DNA of 64,000 nt from an uncultured delta proteobacterium (GCA_963845145.1 CAWJQU010000005.1:1-64000); one strand, 5' to 3'. Shown: positions 10,739 to 20,931, counted from the stretch's first letter. Translations and numbers: made by a program. Notes: generated by a model not told the origin, from the letters alone.

Positions 10739-13700
10739 CTATCCCATCGCCGCACACACTGAGGCTTTAATCTGTTGATCCCTGAAATGGAGCATGTCGA
10801 TGGCCAACTGCGGACACGAAGCGGCGCAGAGTCCACACCCCTTACAGGAAGCGGGGATATTTTTGGCACGGAAGCCCTTGCCCTCTACTTTTTCAAGCTC
10901 AATAGCGCCAAAAGCGCACACCTCGGCACAAAGGCCGCAACCAATACACTTCTCCACATCTACCTGGGATACCAATGGTGACACGTGAATTGACTCTTTC
11001 GCCAGCACTGTTGCTGCGCGACTGGCAGCCGCCATGGCCTGGGCGATACTTTCGTCTATGGGCTTGGGATAATGTGCCAGACCACAAAGGAAAATGCCAT
11101 CGGTGGCGAACTCCACCGGACGCAGCTTGGCATGGGCTTCCATCATGAATTTCTCAGCATTGAGCGGTAGCTTGAACAGGGATGCCAGCTGGCTATTGTC
11201 CGCCGGTTCGATGGCGGTGGCCAGGCTCACATAGTCCGTGTTGATCGCCACCATTTGTTGTAAAATGGGGTCGAATACCGTCACCACCAACCCTTCGGCT
11301 GATTCAGTCACCTCCGGCTTTCGGTCCAGGGAATATCGAATGAAGATAACACCAAGCTCGCGGGCTTTCTTATAGAGCACTTCCCGTTCGGCATAGGTTC
11401 GAATATCCCGGTAAAGGACGTAGACATTGGTGTCGGGGTGGGTCTCCTTGATCCGAATCGACTGGGCTACGGCCGTGGTGCAGCAAATGCGGGAACAATA
11501 AGGACGCTCGTCGTCCCGCGAACCCACGCACTGAATGAATACCACGTTCTCATCACCCTTAAATGAATCGATCTTGCCTTCGATCTCGTGCCACCGCAAC
11601 ACACGATCGTTCTGGCCTGACAAATAGGCCTCGGTAGTGGTGGCCTGGCCGCCGGTAGCCATAATCGCCACGCCGTGGTTGACAATCCCTACCTGACCCT
11701 CTCCAGTGGCATCGGACTGGGTGACTTCGGTGATGAAATTTCCCACAAACCCCGAGGTACCCGTCACTTGGGTGTTTAAGCGCACATCAATTTTTTTATG
11801 TTTATTCACCTGATCAGCAAGGCCGGCGACAAAGGCGGGAACATCTTCTCCCTGCCAGGTATGGGATACGTCCCTGGCCGCCCCTCCCAATGCGGTTGAT
11901 CGCTCGATAATGGTTGCCCCGAACCCCTGGTCTGCCAGGCTAAGCGCGGCGGTCATGCCGGCCACCCCGCCGCCGATGACCAGCGCCGATCGATCCACAT
12001 CCACGGATAAATCCGGAATCGGGTCCAGGAGGGAAGCCCGGGATATGGCCATGCGAACCAAATCCTTGGATTTGCCTGTCGCCAGATCCTTATCCTTGGA
12101 ATGCACCCAGGTACACTGGTTGCGGATATTGGCCATTTCGAAAAGATAGGCATTAAGCCCTGCGTTGCGGATAGTTTCCTGGAACAGCGGCTCATGGGTT
12201 CGCGGTGTACAGGCCGCTACCACCACCCGATTAAGGTTGTTCGCCTTGATGACCTCAATCATTTTGTCCTGGGTATCCTGAGCACAGGTAAAAAGGTTCT
12301 CCTCCACATAAACCACGTTAGGCAAGCTGCGGGCATATTCGGCAATGGCGGGTACGTCGGCAAATCCGCCAATGTTGACCCCGCAATTACAGACAAAAAC
12401 ACCGATACGCGGGTCATCCTGGCCCACATCGATTTCATCCGGCAAGATCACCGGCTCCACAAGCGTGCTTCGAGCGCCGGCCAGGCTGATGCCGGCCTGG
12501 CAAGCCGCCGCACTGGCCTCCATGACCGATTGAGGAATATCTTTGCAGCCCTGCATGGCCCCGGCCACGTAAACACCCGGCTTGGTGGTGGATACCGGGG
12601 TGACGTCGCTGGTTTGAACGAAATTATAGCTATTGAGCTCAATGCCCAGGGTTTTGGCCAACGCCGTTGCCGGGGCGGACGCCTCCATCCCTACGGATAA
12701 TACGACCAGGTCATAGGTTTCCAATGTCCGCTGGCCCATCTCGTCGGCATACTCTAACTGTACCGTTCCGGTCTCATCCTCTTGGGTGATCGAGTGGACC
12801 TTGGAGCGCACAAACCGAACCCCGTTATCTTTGGCACGGTTGTAGTATTTTTCAAAGTCTTTCCCGTGGGTGCGCATGTCCATGAAAAAGATGGTCGCTT
12901 CACAGGCGTCGCCCACATGTTCTTTGGCGATAATGGCCTCTTTGACCGCATACATGCAGCAAACCGAAGAACAGTATTCATTGTCACAACGGTTGAGGTC
13001 CCTGGAACCGACGCACTGCAGCCAGGCAATCTTCTTGGCCTCCTGGCCATCCGAAGGACGGGTCACATGTCCTACGGTGGGTCCTCCGGCGGAAAGAATT
13101 CGCTCAAATTCGATACTGGTAATGACATTGGGAAAGTTGGCGTACTGATAGTGGTCGAAATTGGAAGGATCAAAGGGTTTCATACCCGAGGTGGCAATCA
13201 CGGCGCCTACATTCAGAGAAAATGCTTCCTTCTCGTCGTCGAAACGGATCGCCTCGGTGGGACAGAATTTTTCACACGCTTTACACTTACCCTTCTTGAA
13301 ATAGATACAGCGCTCGGCATCGATCACGTATTTTAAGGGGACGGCCTGGGGATAAGGCACGTAGATCGCCTTTCGCTTATTCAATCCTTCGTTGTACTCA
13401 TCGTCGACTTTCGCCGGGCACTTTTCCGAACAGGTGCCGCAGGCGATGCATTTTTCCATATCTACGTAGCGGGGCGCCTTTTCAAGAGAGACGGTGAAAT
13501 TGCCTTCCTCGCCACTAATATCTGTTACTGTTGATAAAGTGTGAATCTCGATGTTGGGGTGCCGGCCGACCTCGACCAGTTTCGGAGAGATAATTCACAT
13601 CGCGCAATCATTGGTCGGAAAGGTTTTATCCAATTGGGCCATAACACCGCCGATGGCCGGCGATTTTTCAACCAGATGAACCCGAAACCCGCCCTCGGCC

Positions 13701-13777
13701 AGATCCAGAGCCGATTGCATGCCGGCAATACCGCCCCCGACCACCATGACGGATCCGATTTGACTGTTTTTGCTCAT
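10739..13777 (-). CDS. hdrA: Large two-FAD-module HdrA family protein, selenoprotein (Sec61, TGA 13595-13597), 1012 aa
   Basis: ORF 13595..13777 reads through [21 protein letters not shown]...PRYVD into ORF 10739..13459 in frame. Confidence 0.92.
13562..13579 (-). promoter_or_regulatory. Candidate SECIS for hdrA (upstream copy)
   Basis: CUGGUCG-AGGU-CGGCCGG hairpin at the same offset from UGA as in the paralog. Confidence 0.75.
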
Positions 13778-14150
13778 GATAAGCTTCCTAACGTCTAATT
13801 AAATTGACAAAATTGTGCGTACTCAAGCCGGTGTTTACAACCTGAGGGACTTTCGTTTTTACCCATGATAAGGCCTGAATATCGGCTTTACCAAAGGAAT
13901 TTGAATGACACAATCGTCTAACTAAGTCAAGGAGTTAAGCCCCAAACAACGAAAAAACAAGTTTAATAAATAAATGTCACTCATTTACTTTTTTTAATAC
14001 AGCCGGAGGGATAAATTGCTCCCCATAAAACGCCTTACCGCAATGGACTTGAATTCATTATTGAATCAGCTTGAATCAGTCAGAGCGGCATGTTATCGAG
14101 TCCATTAAAGCACTAAAATCACCCCGTCAACTAAAAAAATATGAATTGAT

Positions 14151-14886
14151 ATGAATCGACTCACACGACTTATCCTGGTTTCTATCTTTTTATTGGGCAT
14201 TACACCGGAGACCTGTTTTCCTATTGAAAACCGACCCGCCGATTATGTTGTCCTCATGCACGGGTTGGGGCGAACAGCCCAATCGTTTAAAAAAATGGCG
14301 CATCATTTGGCGCAAAACGGATTCGATGTGCTCAACATCGACTATCCCTCTCGAAAATATGATATTGAGACGTTGACGGAACAATTTATTCGCCCCGCCA
14401 TCGATAAACATTGCGCGGACAAAAATCGCAAAGTACATTTTGTCACCCATTCCATGGGAGGGATTGTCGCCCGTCATTTATTGCAGACTTACCCCATGAA
14501 TAATCTGGGCCGTATCGTCATGTTGTCACCGCCCAACGAGGGAAGCGAAGTCGTTGATTTCCTAAAAGATCGCGCACTGATTCAGAAAATAATGGGTCCG
14601 GCTTTCAATCAATTGAGTACCGGGCCTGAAGGGTTTACCAATACCTTGGGCGATATTAAGGGAGAAGTTGGCGATTATCACCGGGAATCAATCGATTAAC
14701 TGGATCAATTCCCTCATTATCCCCGGCGAAGATGATGGTAAAGTAGCCGTGGATCGAACCCGATTGAAAACAATGCAGGACTTTATGGTCGTAAAAAGGA
14801 CCCATACCTTTATCATGAACGCGGACGAAGTCATTCAAGCCGTTACCCAATTTATCAATACCGGTAAATTTCATGCTGCGGAATAG
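14151..14886 (+). CDS. Exported alpha/beta hydrolase (lipase-like), +1 frameshift near 14657-14673
   Basis: HGLGR, THSMGG nucleophile elbow, PPNEGS in one frame; IITG...DDGKV...HTFIM (catalytic Asp/His) in the +1 frame. Confidence 0.75.
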
Positions 14887-15395
14887 CGCCAATATCATCC
14901 CCCTGGTTTTCGTTATGGCAGTGGTGGGGTTAACGCTCACCGGGTGTCTGATTAAATTGCCCGGTTACGAGCAGGGTGTGCCGGCTTCCACGGCCAGAGG
15001 AATTCCGGACCTTCGGGCCGTCGAAACAGTTAAATCGATCTTATATGCCCAGCATGAAGAGTGGCGGGGTGTGCGGTACCGGCTGGGTGGTATGTCAAAA
15101 TCCGGGACTCGACTGCTCCGGCTTCGTTTACCTGACCTATCAGTCCCGATTTGGAATGACGCTACCCCGAACCACCCAACGCCAGGCCAAATTCGGAAGA
15201 AAAATCTCTCCCAGACGCCTTCAGCCGGGTGACCTGGTGTTTTTCAAAACAGGATGGTTCGATCGTCATGTGGGTATTTATGTTGAGGACCGCCGGTTTC
15301 TTCACGTCTCGACCAAAAACGGGGTGCAGCTATCGAGTTTGGAAGATCCTTATTGGAGAAAAAGGTATTGGAAAGCGGTACGAATTATCCAGTAA
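14873..15395 (+). CDS. NlpC/P60 lipoprotein endopeptidase, +1 frameshift near 15104-15106
   Basis: Lipobox LTGC and WRGVRYRLGG in one frame; GLDCSGF, LPRT, LQPGDLVFF, HVGIY, FLH in the +1 frame. Confidence 0.8.
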
Positions 15396-15541
15396 GAGCC
15401 TATTATTGCCATTCATGTCTTTTGAACTGCACATCCCTTCGAAGAGATGTGGCGCCTATTTACACATATCCCAATCTTACAGCTTTTCAAATGAGATGAG
15501 GTTGAAAGCAATTCTCTGGTCACTTGGTGGTGATTTTTTGG

Positions 15542-16387
15542 TTAGCCAACCCCTCCTCCCCCGCCACGACATACACCTGAGCCCAGGCGTGTATCATCTT
15601 CAAATGTGACTTCATAGCTTATCGAAGTGATCCATATAATACTATCAACGTCGACGCTGATTTCAAACGACCCGTCAAATTCTCCGGCAGCATCCAAAAC
15701 AATAATTTCATTGAGTGTTGTGGTGCTACCGCCAGTGGGTGTAAATGATCCGGTTAATCTAACGCGTGCGCCGTTAAAATCAGCGCCGCAATTGCTTGTC
15801 GCAGTTACCTCTCCCTGTATTGTCAAAAAGTACTCTCCTCCTGTGACAACCTGGTACGGCTGACCAGAAGACGAAAAACGACAGTCCAAGGTGTTGTCGG
15901 TACAAGGAATGTCAATAGAGCAACCGGCAACGCCACTGGCCCCGGCGACAGTACTCTGAACAGCAACAGAGGTGATTCCCGGACCGCCTGACAGTGTTAT
16001 ATCGGCGGTAAAGGTACCAGAGGCGGAGGTGGTAGTGTTCATACTCACGGAGCTTCCGGCACCGACTGGCGTAGCTATAATCTCTACGGGCAAGCCTTGT
16101 ATGCCAGGCGTAACGAATCCCATGGCACGGATTGATACTGATCGTGATGACTGGTTTCCAGAAATATATTCAATAGAGCATGGGTCACTGATTGAAGGCT
16201 CTCCACTGGTCTGTGCGTGAGCTGGCAAAAACACCTGATCGATGATCGGCTTGCTCCAATGTGTCGGAAACGCATTGTATGCGGCTATTGCGCCAGTGCC
16301 GGCCACAATAGTTTTTACAGCTTTTCTCCTGGATGGATTGACAGGATTCAAATTTTGTTGTTTTTTATTGCTTTGGTCAGCCACCAT
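15542..16387 (-). CDS. Putative Tat-exported protein with WxxP...LPAHAQTS leader and two beta-rich repeats
   Basis: SRRKAVK, hydrophobic stretch, PTHWSKPIIDQVFLPAHA-QTS. Ser/Thr/Gly-rich mature part with 6 Cys. AGGGAG RBS. Confidence 0.65.
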   Translation of the reverse strand: MVADQSNKKQQNLNPVNPSRRKAVKTIVAGTGAIAAYNAFPTHWSKPIIDQVFLPAHAQTSGEPSISDPCSIEYISGNQSSRSVSIRAMGFVTPGIQGLPVEIIATPVGAGSSVSMNTTTSASGTFTADITLSGGPGITSVAVQSTVAGASGVAGCSIDIPCTDNTLDCRFSSSGQPYQVVTGGEYFLTIQGEVTATSNCGADFNGARVRLTGSFTPTGGSTTTLNEIIVLDAAGEFDGSFEISVDVDSIIWITSISYEVTFEDDTRLGSGVCRGGGGGVG

Positions 16388-16764
16388 TTTCTCCCTTTCT
16401 TTAAAATAATCATTTATTATAGGTAGATAAGCGCACTGAGACTGCCCCGTAACCTATTGACAAGAAGTCGCTTTTTTGATGCGACTAAGCCAAAAAGACT
16501 GTCTGGAATACGGAGCTAAAATCAATCAAAAAATATGGTATCTACTGGTTTTCACTGCCCATTGATAACAAAATAGTGGCATAAAGTATACAAAACAAAT
16601 CGTCAATCGGGATGTCAAACAGAAATATTTCCAAAAATTGGCACCATCCCTCCACCTTATCCTCACCAGGCTATTATATGATCTTCGTGACAATTCGGGC
16701 GAACAATTGTAAGATGGCAAACCTTTTAATAACCACCCACTGATAAATGGGATAGTAATACGCA

Positions 16765-18096
16765 ATGCCTTCTCGATACCTGATGACGAGAAACTACCAG
16801 CGACTAAGGTGGGCGATATATGGTGTACTCGCTCTGGCCTATTTCTTTGTCTATTTTCACCGCCTCTCCCTCTCGGTGGTAGCCGATCATCTGGTGAAAG
16901 ACTTCGACACGTCGGCCAGTGTTATCGGATTGCTCGGTTCCATGTATTTTTACTGTTATGCCGTGATGCAATTCCCTGCCGGGTTGCTGTCTGATTCCAT
17001 CGGTCCCCGACGAACGGTTACTTTCTGTCTCCTCATTGCCGCCGTCGGCAGTATGCTGTTTGGGTATGCACCCAATATTCAAACCGCATTTGTGGGACGT
17101 ATTCTGGTCGGTTTTGGCGTGTCCATGGTGTTCATCCCTACCATGAAAATCCTTTCGCAATGGTTTCATAAACACGAATTCGCTCTCATGGCGGGCATTT
17201 TGAATGCCGTTGGCGGCGTCGGCGTGATGGCCGCCACCTGGGCCTTGGCCATGATGACCGTTTCATTCGGATGGCGCTTCTCCTTTAAACTGATCGGTAT
17301 ATCCACTTTCGGGCTGGTCATTCTACTCTGGCTGATCGTTCGCGATAGTCCCCGTGAAAAGGGGTGGCCAAACATTGCCGACATCGCGCAGGCCGAACGT
17401 GGGCAAATAGTAAATAGCGAAATTGCTGCACCTGCTGAAATGTCTTTGATGCAAGGGGCGCGACGGGTCGTTTCGGAGAAATATTTTTGGCCGGTGGCCG
17501 CCTGGTTTTTCTTTGATTGCGGAATCCTTTTTAGTTTTGGTGGGCTTTGGGCCGGGCCGTATTTACTCCATGCCTACGGCATGACGCGTGCAGAAGCCGG
17601 AACAGTGCTTAGCATGATCGCCTGGGGAATGATTATTGGAAGCCCCCTCATCGGTCTGATATCCGACCGGTGGTTAAAAAGCCGTAAAAAACCCCTGATC
17701 ATCTGCACACTTATCCTGTCGATAGAAATGTTACTGCTCTATCTTTTTCCCAATCAATTTTCGAAACCGGCCCTGATGGCGATATTTTTTGTTTTTTCCG
17801 TCTGTTCATCGGCTATTGTCGCCATCGGGTTTACGACTACCAAAGAGCTGTTTCCAGTGGAGATCGCCGGTACATCCGTTGGAACGGTCAATCTGTTTCC
17901 GTTCCTGGGTGGCGCGGTGTACATGCCCCTTTTAGGCTGGATTTTAGACAAACACCCGATGGCAAACAACCCAATGGCAAACAACAATGGGTATGCCATT
18001 GAAGGCTACCAAACCGTCTTGCTAACATTGTTCATCTCTTCCGTCATTGCCCTGATACTCACCTTTACAATGAAAGAGACTTTTCAACGCGAATAA
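16765..18096 (+). CDS. MFS transporter
   Basis: 12 TM pattern with motif A twice (GLLSDSIGPRR, GLISDRWLKSRK). Confidence 0.88.
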   Translation: MPSRYLMTRNYQRLRWAIYGVLALAYFFVYFHRLSLSVVADHLVKDFDTSASVIGLLGSMYFYCYAVMQFPAGLLSDSIGPRRTVTFCLLIAAVGSMLFGYAPNIQTAFVGRILVGFGVSMVFIPTMKILSQWFHKHEFALMAGILNAVGGVGVMAATWALAMMTVSFGWRFSFKLIGISTFGLVILLWLIVRDSPREKGWPNIADIAQAERGQIVNSEIAAPAEMSLMQGARRVVSEKYFWPVAAWFFFDCGILFSFGGLWAGPYLLHAYGMTRAEAGTVLSMIAWGMIIGSPLIGLISDRWLKSRKKPLIICTLILSIEMLLLYLFPNQFSKPALMAIFFVFSVCSSAIVAIGFTTTKELFPVEIAGTSVGTVNLFPFLGGAVYMPLLGWILDKHPMANNPMANNNGYAIEGYQTVLLTLFISSVIALILTFTMKETFQRE

Positions 18097-18123
18097 ATGA
18101 TACGGAATTAGCTTTATAGATTC

Positions 18124-18269
18124 ATGAGCCAATTTCAAAACGTTTCAGTTTGTTCAAGGTCAAGGAGGGCGAAAATTTTAACCGCATGAATACATTTGGT
18201 ATTTAGAGGATTAAAATTTGAGCCTGACGCAGAGATTGGACAAAATGGGACGTTTTGAAACTGGCTCAT
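18124..18269. mobile_element. Palindromic MITE-like element B (142-bp core)
   Basis: AT|GAGCCAATTTCAAAACGTTTCAGTTTGTTCAA ... TTGGACAAAATGGGACGTTTTGAAACTGGCTC|AT, 27/32 terminal match. Inner AAATTTTAA/TTAAAATTT and AATAC/GTATT arms. Confidence 0.7.
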
Positions 18270-18295
18270 ATTTTAACCCTAAACTAGGCGAACTT

Positions 18296-18973
18296 ATGCT
18301 GGGAACAATTGTAAATAGCCTGGCCATTGTGGCCGGCAGCCTTGTTGGAATCCTGTTTAAAAAAGGAATCCCGGATAAATATAATCAGACGGTGATGCAG
18401 GCCATTGGACTTGCCGTTATTCTCATCGGGATGAAAAGTGCGCTTGGCAGCAATGACCTGTCACTCATTATTATCAGCCTGGCCGCCGGCTCCCTTTTGG
18501 GAGAATGGATTGGCATTGAAGCCTATCTTGAACGGCTGGGAAACTGGCTTGAAACAAAAATCGCCAACACCTCCAGTAGTTTTTCAGCCGGTTTTGTGAC
18601 GGCTTCATTAATGTATTGCGTGGGATCCATGGCCATCGTCGGATCGCTTGAAAGCGGTCTCACCGGGAACCATAGTACCTTGTTTGCCAAGGCAACATTG
18701 GACGGCATTGTCGGGATAATCTTAGCTTCATCCCTGGGGATTGGGGTTCTTTTTGCCGCATTGCCGGTTTTTTTATATCAAGGGAGCATCACCCTTCTGG
18801 CCGGATTTCTTAAACCGCTATTAATCCCGGCAGTGGTTAGCCAAATGTCCGCAATCGGAGGACTTCTCATTGTGGCTCTCGGCCTGAACATGATCAGAGA
18901 AAAAAAATTAAAGGTGGGAAATATGGTGCCGTCTATTTTTCTCCCGTTGATTTATTACCTCATCCAAAACTGA
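18296..18973 (+). CDS. DUF554 (YdfK/YqgA) membrane protein
   Basis: MLGTIVN...GFVTASLMYCVGSMAIVGSLESGL...KATLDG...YQGSIT. The longer ORF start lies inside element B. Confidence 0.85.
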   Translation: MLGTIVNSLAIVAGSLVGILFKKGIPDKYNQTVMQAIGLAVILIGMKSALGSNDLSLIIISLAAGSLLGEWIGIEAYLERLGNWLETKIANTSSSFSAGFVTASLMYCVGSMAIVGSLESGLTGNHSTLFAKATLDGIVGIILASSLGIGVLFAALPVFLYQGSITLLAGFLKPLLIPAVVSQMSAIGGLLIVALGLNMIREKKLKVGNMVPSIFLPLIYYLIQN

Positions 18974-18994
18974 TTTTCCTGTAAACAGATTTTT

Positions 18995-19519
18995 TTACTC
19001 TTTTCCAACAACATCTAACAATGCGGCTTTTCCATTTGGTGCTATCATGACTTTTGCAACCCCATGTTTACGCAATCTTTTTTCCAATGATAGCGCCTTT
19101 TTTTTGGGTGCAAACAGGGCCTCAATGCCATACTTAACGCGGTAACGCTCAGATTTAAACGGCTTTGCATTGGCCTGGATGCGGCCACGAATAAACAGCC
19201 CATTCAGAGGCTTTTCCAAACCGGCACCATCATAGGCATAAATACCGGCTTCTTTTTCTTTTAATTTGATGTAAACAATTTCCCCGTTGCGGGGCACCCG
19301 CTCCATATTGATATCAACCCCTGATATTTCTGAAATTTCATACTGAAGCCGGGCATAATTGCCCCGGAACATGCTACGTGGATCAATGGGTGTGGTTCTC
19401 AGGCGAATCTCCTGACCGGTCCATATCGGGTAGACCGCATTGGCATATTCCGCCCCTAAAATAATAAGTTGGAACACAACAATCAGCGAAAGTCCGATAA
19501 TTAGATTCTTATTTCTCAT
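18995..19519 (-). CDS. GDYXXLXY domain protein
   Basis: PIDPRSMFRGNYARLQY and YGIEALF motifs. ATG 19519 overlaps the upstream stop (ATGA). Confidence 0.85.
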   Translation of the reverse strand: MRNKNLIIGLSLIVVFQLIILGAEYANAVYPIWTGQEIRLRTTPIDPRSMFRGNYARLQYEISEISGVDINMERVPRNGEIVYIKLKEKEAGIYAYDGAGLEKPLNGLFIRGRIQANAKPFKSERYRVKYGIEALFAPKKKALSLEKRLRKHGVAKVMIAPNGKAALLDVVGKE

Positions 19520-20865
19520 GATGTGGGCCCTCCAGTTGACCTGGCAGTTGAGACGGCAGTTGGCCCGACATCCAAATGGTTTGACTTCCAATATTTAGCG
19601 GTCGAAAGAAGGATGGCAGCGAAGATACCAAACAATATCGCGCCACCAATATAGTCACCCACCAAATCGATGTACCGCAACAAACCCGTTGCCAGGACAG
19701 TCAGGATACCGAAAAAGAAATAATGGGAAACAGCGGATTGAATACCTCGCATAATGAGCCATATTCCGGACAGTATCAAAACGATATTGTCCCCGATTTG
19801 AAAAGCAAAACCGAGGTCTTTATTATCTGTGCCCATTACCACTAGAAGGACAACGAAGTACATTGCTGAAAAAACGCTAATTGAAATGATCCGCGTTTTA
19901 GAAGCATGCACCAGCCAGATGGACAATGCAGGGAAAAGGAGGGCCAGGGCGAGGGTTATTCGGGGAACTTGCCAATCTTCCGCAATCAACGCCCGCCATG
20001 GTTCTTCAAAGCTGAAGACCAATAAGGCGACGATAGTAAACCGAAGCGTCCATATAGCCAACAGGGTGCCGTAATCGACAAGCGTGCTATTCTTTTTTGC
20101 CAGGAACCATTTGGACAGGCCGTAAAATAGGAAAAAAATCCCAACCCCTAATGACAGGTTACCCGGGCCGACAACAAATTTATGGGAACCGCCTATTACC
20201 CATGAAAAGCTGTACTCAGCCCAAAAACCGAATCCTGTCACAAGGGCCAGAAAAAGGATGTTGCTCTGTTTTACACGAAAACAATGCCAGGCAATCGCCG
20301 CCAGAAAAACCGGAAACATCAACGGATAAAAATTGAGGTGTGATTCCGTGAAAAACCAGATAAAGGAAAGCGTGGCAGACATTATCATCAGCAAATTGCT
20401 GCGCATCAGAACAGCAACCGGAAGCACACCGGCGGCCCACCAGAAAATGCCGTCCGGAAAGTGCTCGCCGATATGATAAATCTGCGCAATTAACATGATG
20501 GACGCGCCATAGAAAAGTCCACCCAAAAAAAAGCAGCCCACCGCCGAGGCATTTTCCCGGCAGCTGACCTTATAAATACCAAAGATGTTCGTGATCGCAG
20601 TTAAGGTGATAAGCCCCAGCATCCGCACCGCACGCGGGATATTCTCCCAATTGGCGCTAAGCAAGGTGATTAGTGCAAGACCGATAAAAAGGTAGCCTAA
20701 GGTGACAAGAACATAATAGCCATAGGCGTGTTTTTGTTGGTTATGGAAATCGACCCCATACTGTGAACAGATCGACTCGGCCTGGGCGATTGAAATAATA
20801 TTTTCATCAACCCATGACCCAACCTCTCTTGCCAGATCATTCTTTAACAACCGTATCAGTCTCAT
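19516..20865 (-). CDS. DUF2157 membrane protein
   Basis: W..ENIIS..QA; LLSANWENIPR; GASIMLIAQIYHI; usual partner of GDYXXLXY genes. Confidence 0.85.
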   Translation of the reverse strand: MRLIRLLKNDLAREVGSWVDENIISIAQAESICSQYGVDFHNQQKHAYGYYVLVTLGYLFIGLALITLLSANWENIPRAVRMLGLITLTAITNIFGIYKVSCRENASAVGCFFLGGLFYGASIMLIAQIYHIGEHFPDGIFWWAAGVLPVAVLMRSNLLMIMSATLSFIWFFTESHLNFYPLMFPVFLAAIAWHCFRVKQSNILFLALVTGFGFWAEYSFSWVIGGSHKFVVGPGNLSLGVGIFFLFYGLSKWFLAKKNSTLVDYGTLLAIWTLRFTIVALLVFSFEEPWRALIAEDWQVPRITLALALLFPALSIWLVHASKTRIISISVFSAMYFVVLLVVMGTDNKDLGFAFQIGDNIVLILSGIWLIMRGIQSAVSHYFFFGILTVLATGLLRYIDLVGDYIGGAILFGIFAAILLSTAKYWKSNHLDVGPTAVSTARSTGGPTS

Positions 20866-20931
20866 GGTCGGTATCCGGGCTCCGTTGAAATATAGTACTG
20901 AAAATTTATTCGCCGTCAGGTGAGCACCAAC

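Noticed and set aside
5081..13777. Treating the TGA-split hdr/mvh genes as pseudogenes or as ten separate genes
   Set aside because: All breaks are in-frame TGA at conserved Cys sites with downstream hairpins and no other lesions.
14049..14080. TTGAAT(CAG) repeated three times between hdrA and the lipase
   Set aside because: Could be an operator or a -35 box, but too short and AT-rich to call.
16430..16460. ACTGCCCCGTAAC resembling part of a cobalamin riboswitch
   Set aside because: The other conserved blocks are missing and pairing favours the opposite strand.
17956..17985. 15-nt tandem duplication (PMANN-PMANN) in the MFS gene; similar SVPES-TVLES in the CoA ligase
   Set aside because: Two copies only, in frame and in loop-like segments; ordinary slippage.
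19521..19571. Three CAGTTG units at 12-nt spacing in the DUF2157 C-terminal tail
   Set aside because: Short degenerate minisatellite with no spacers; not CRISPR-like.
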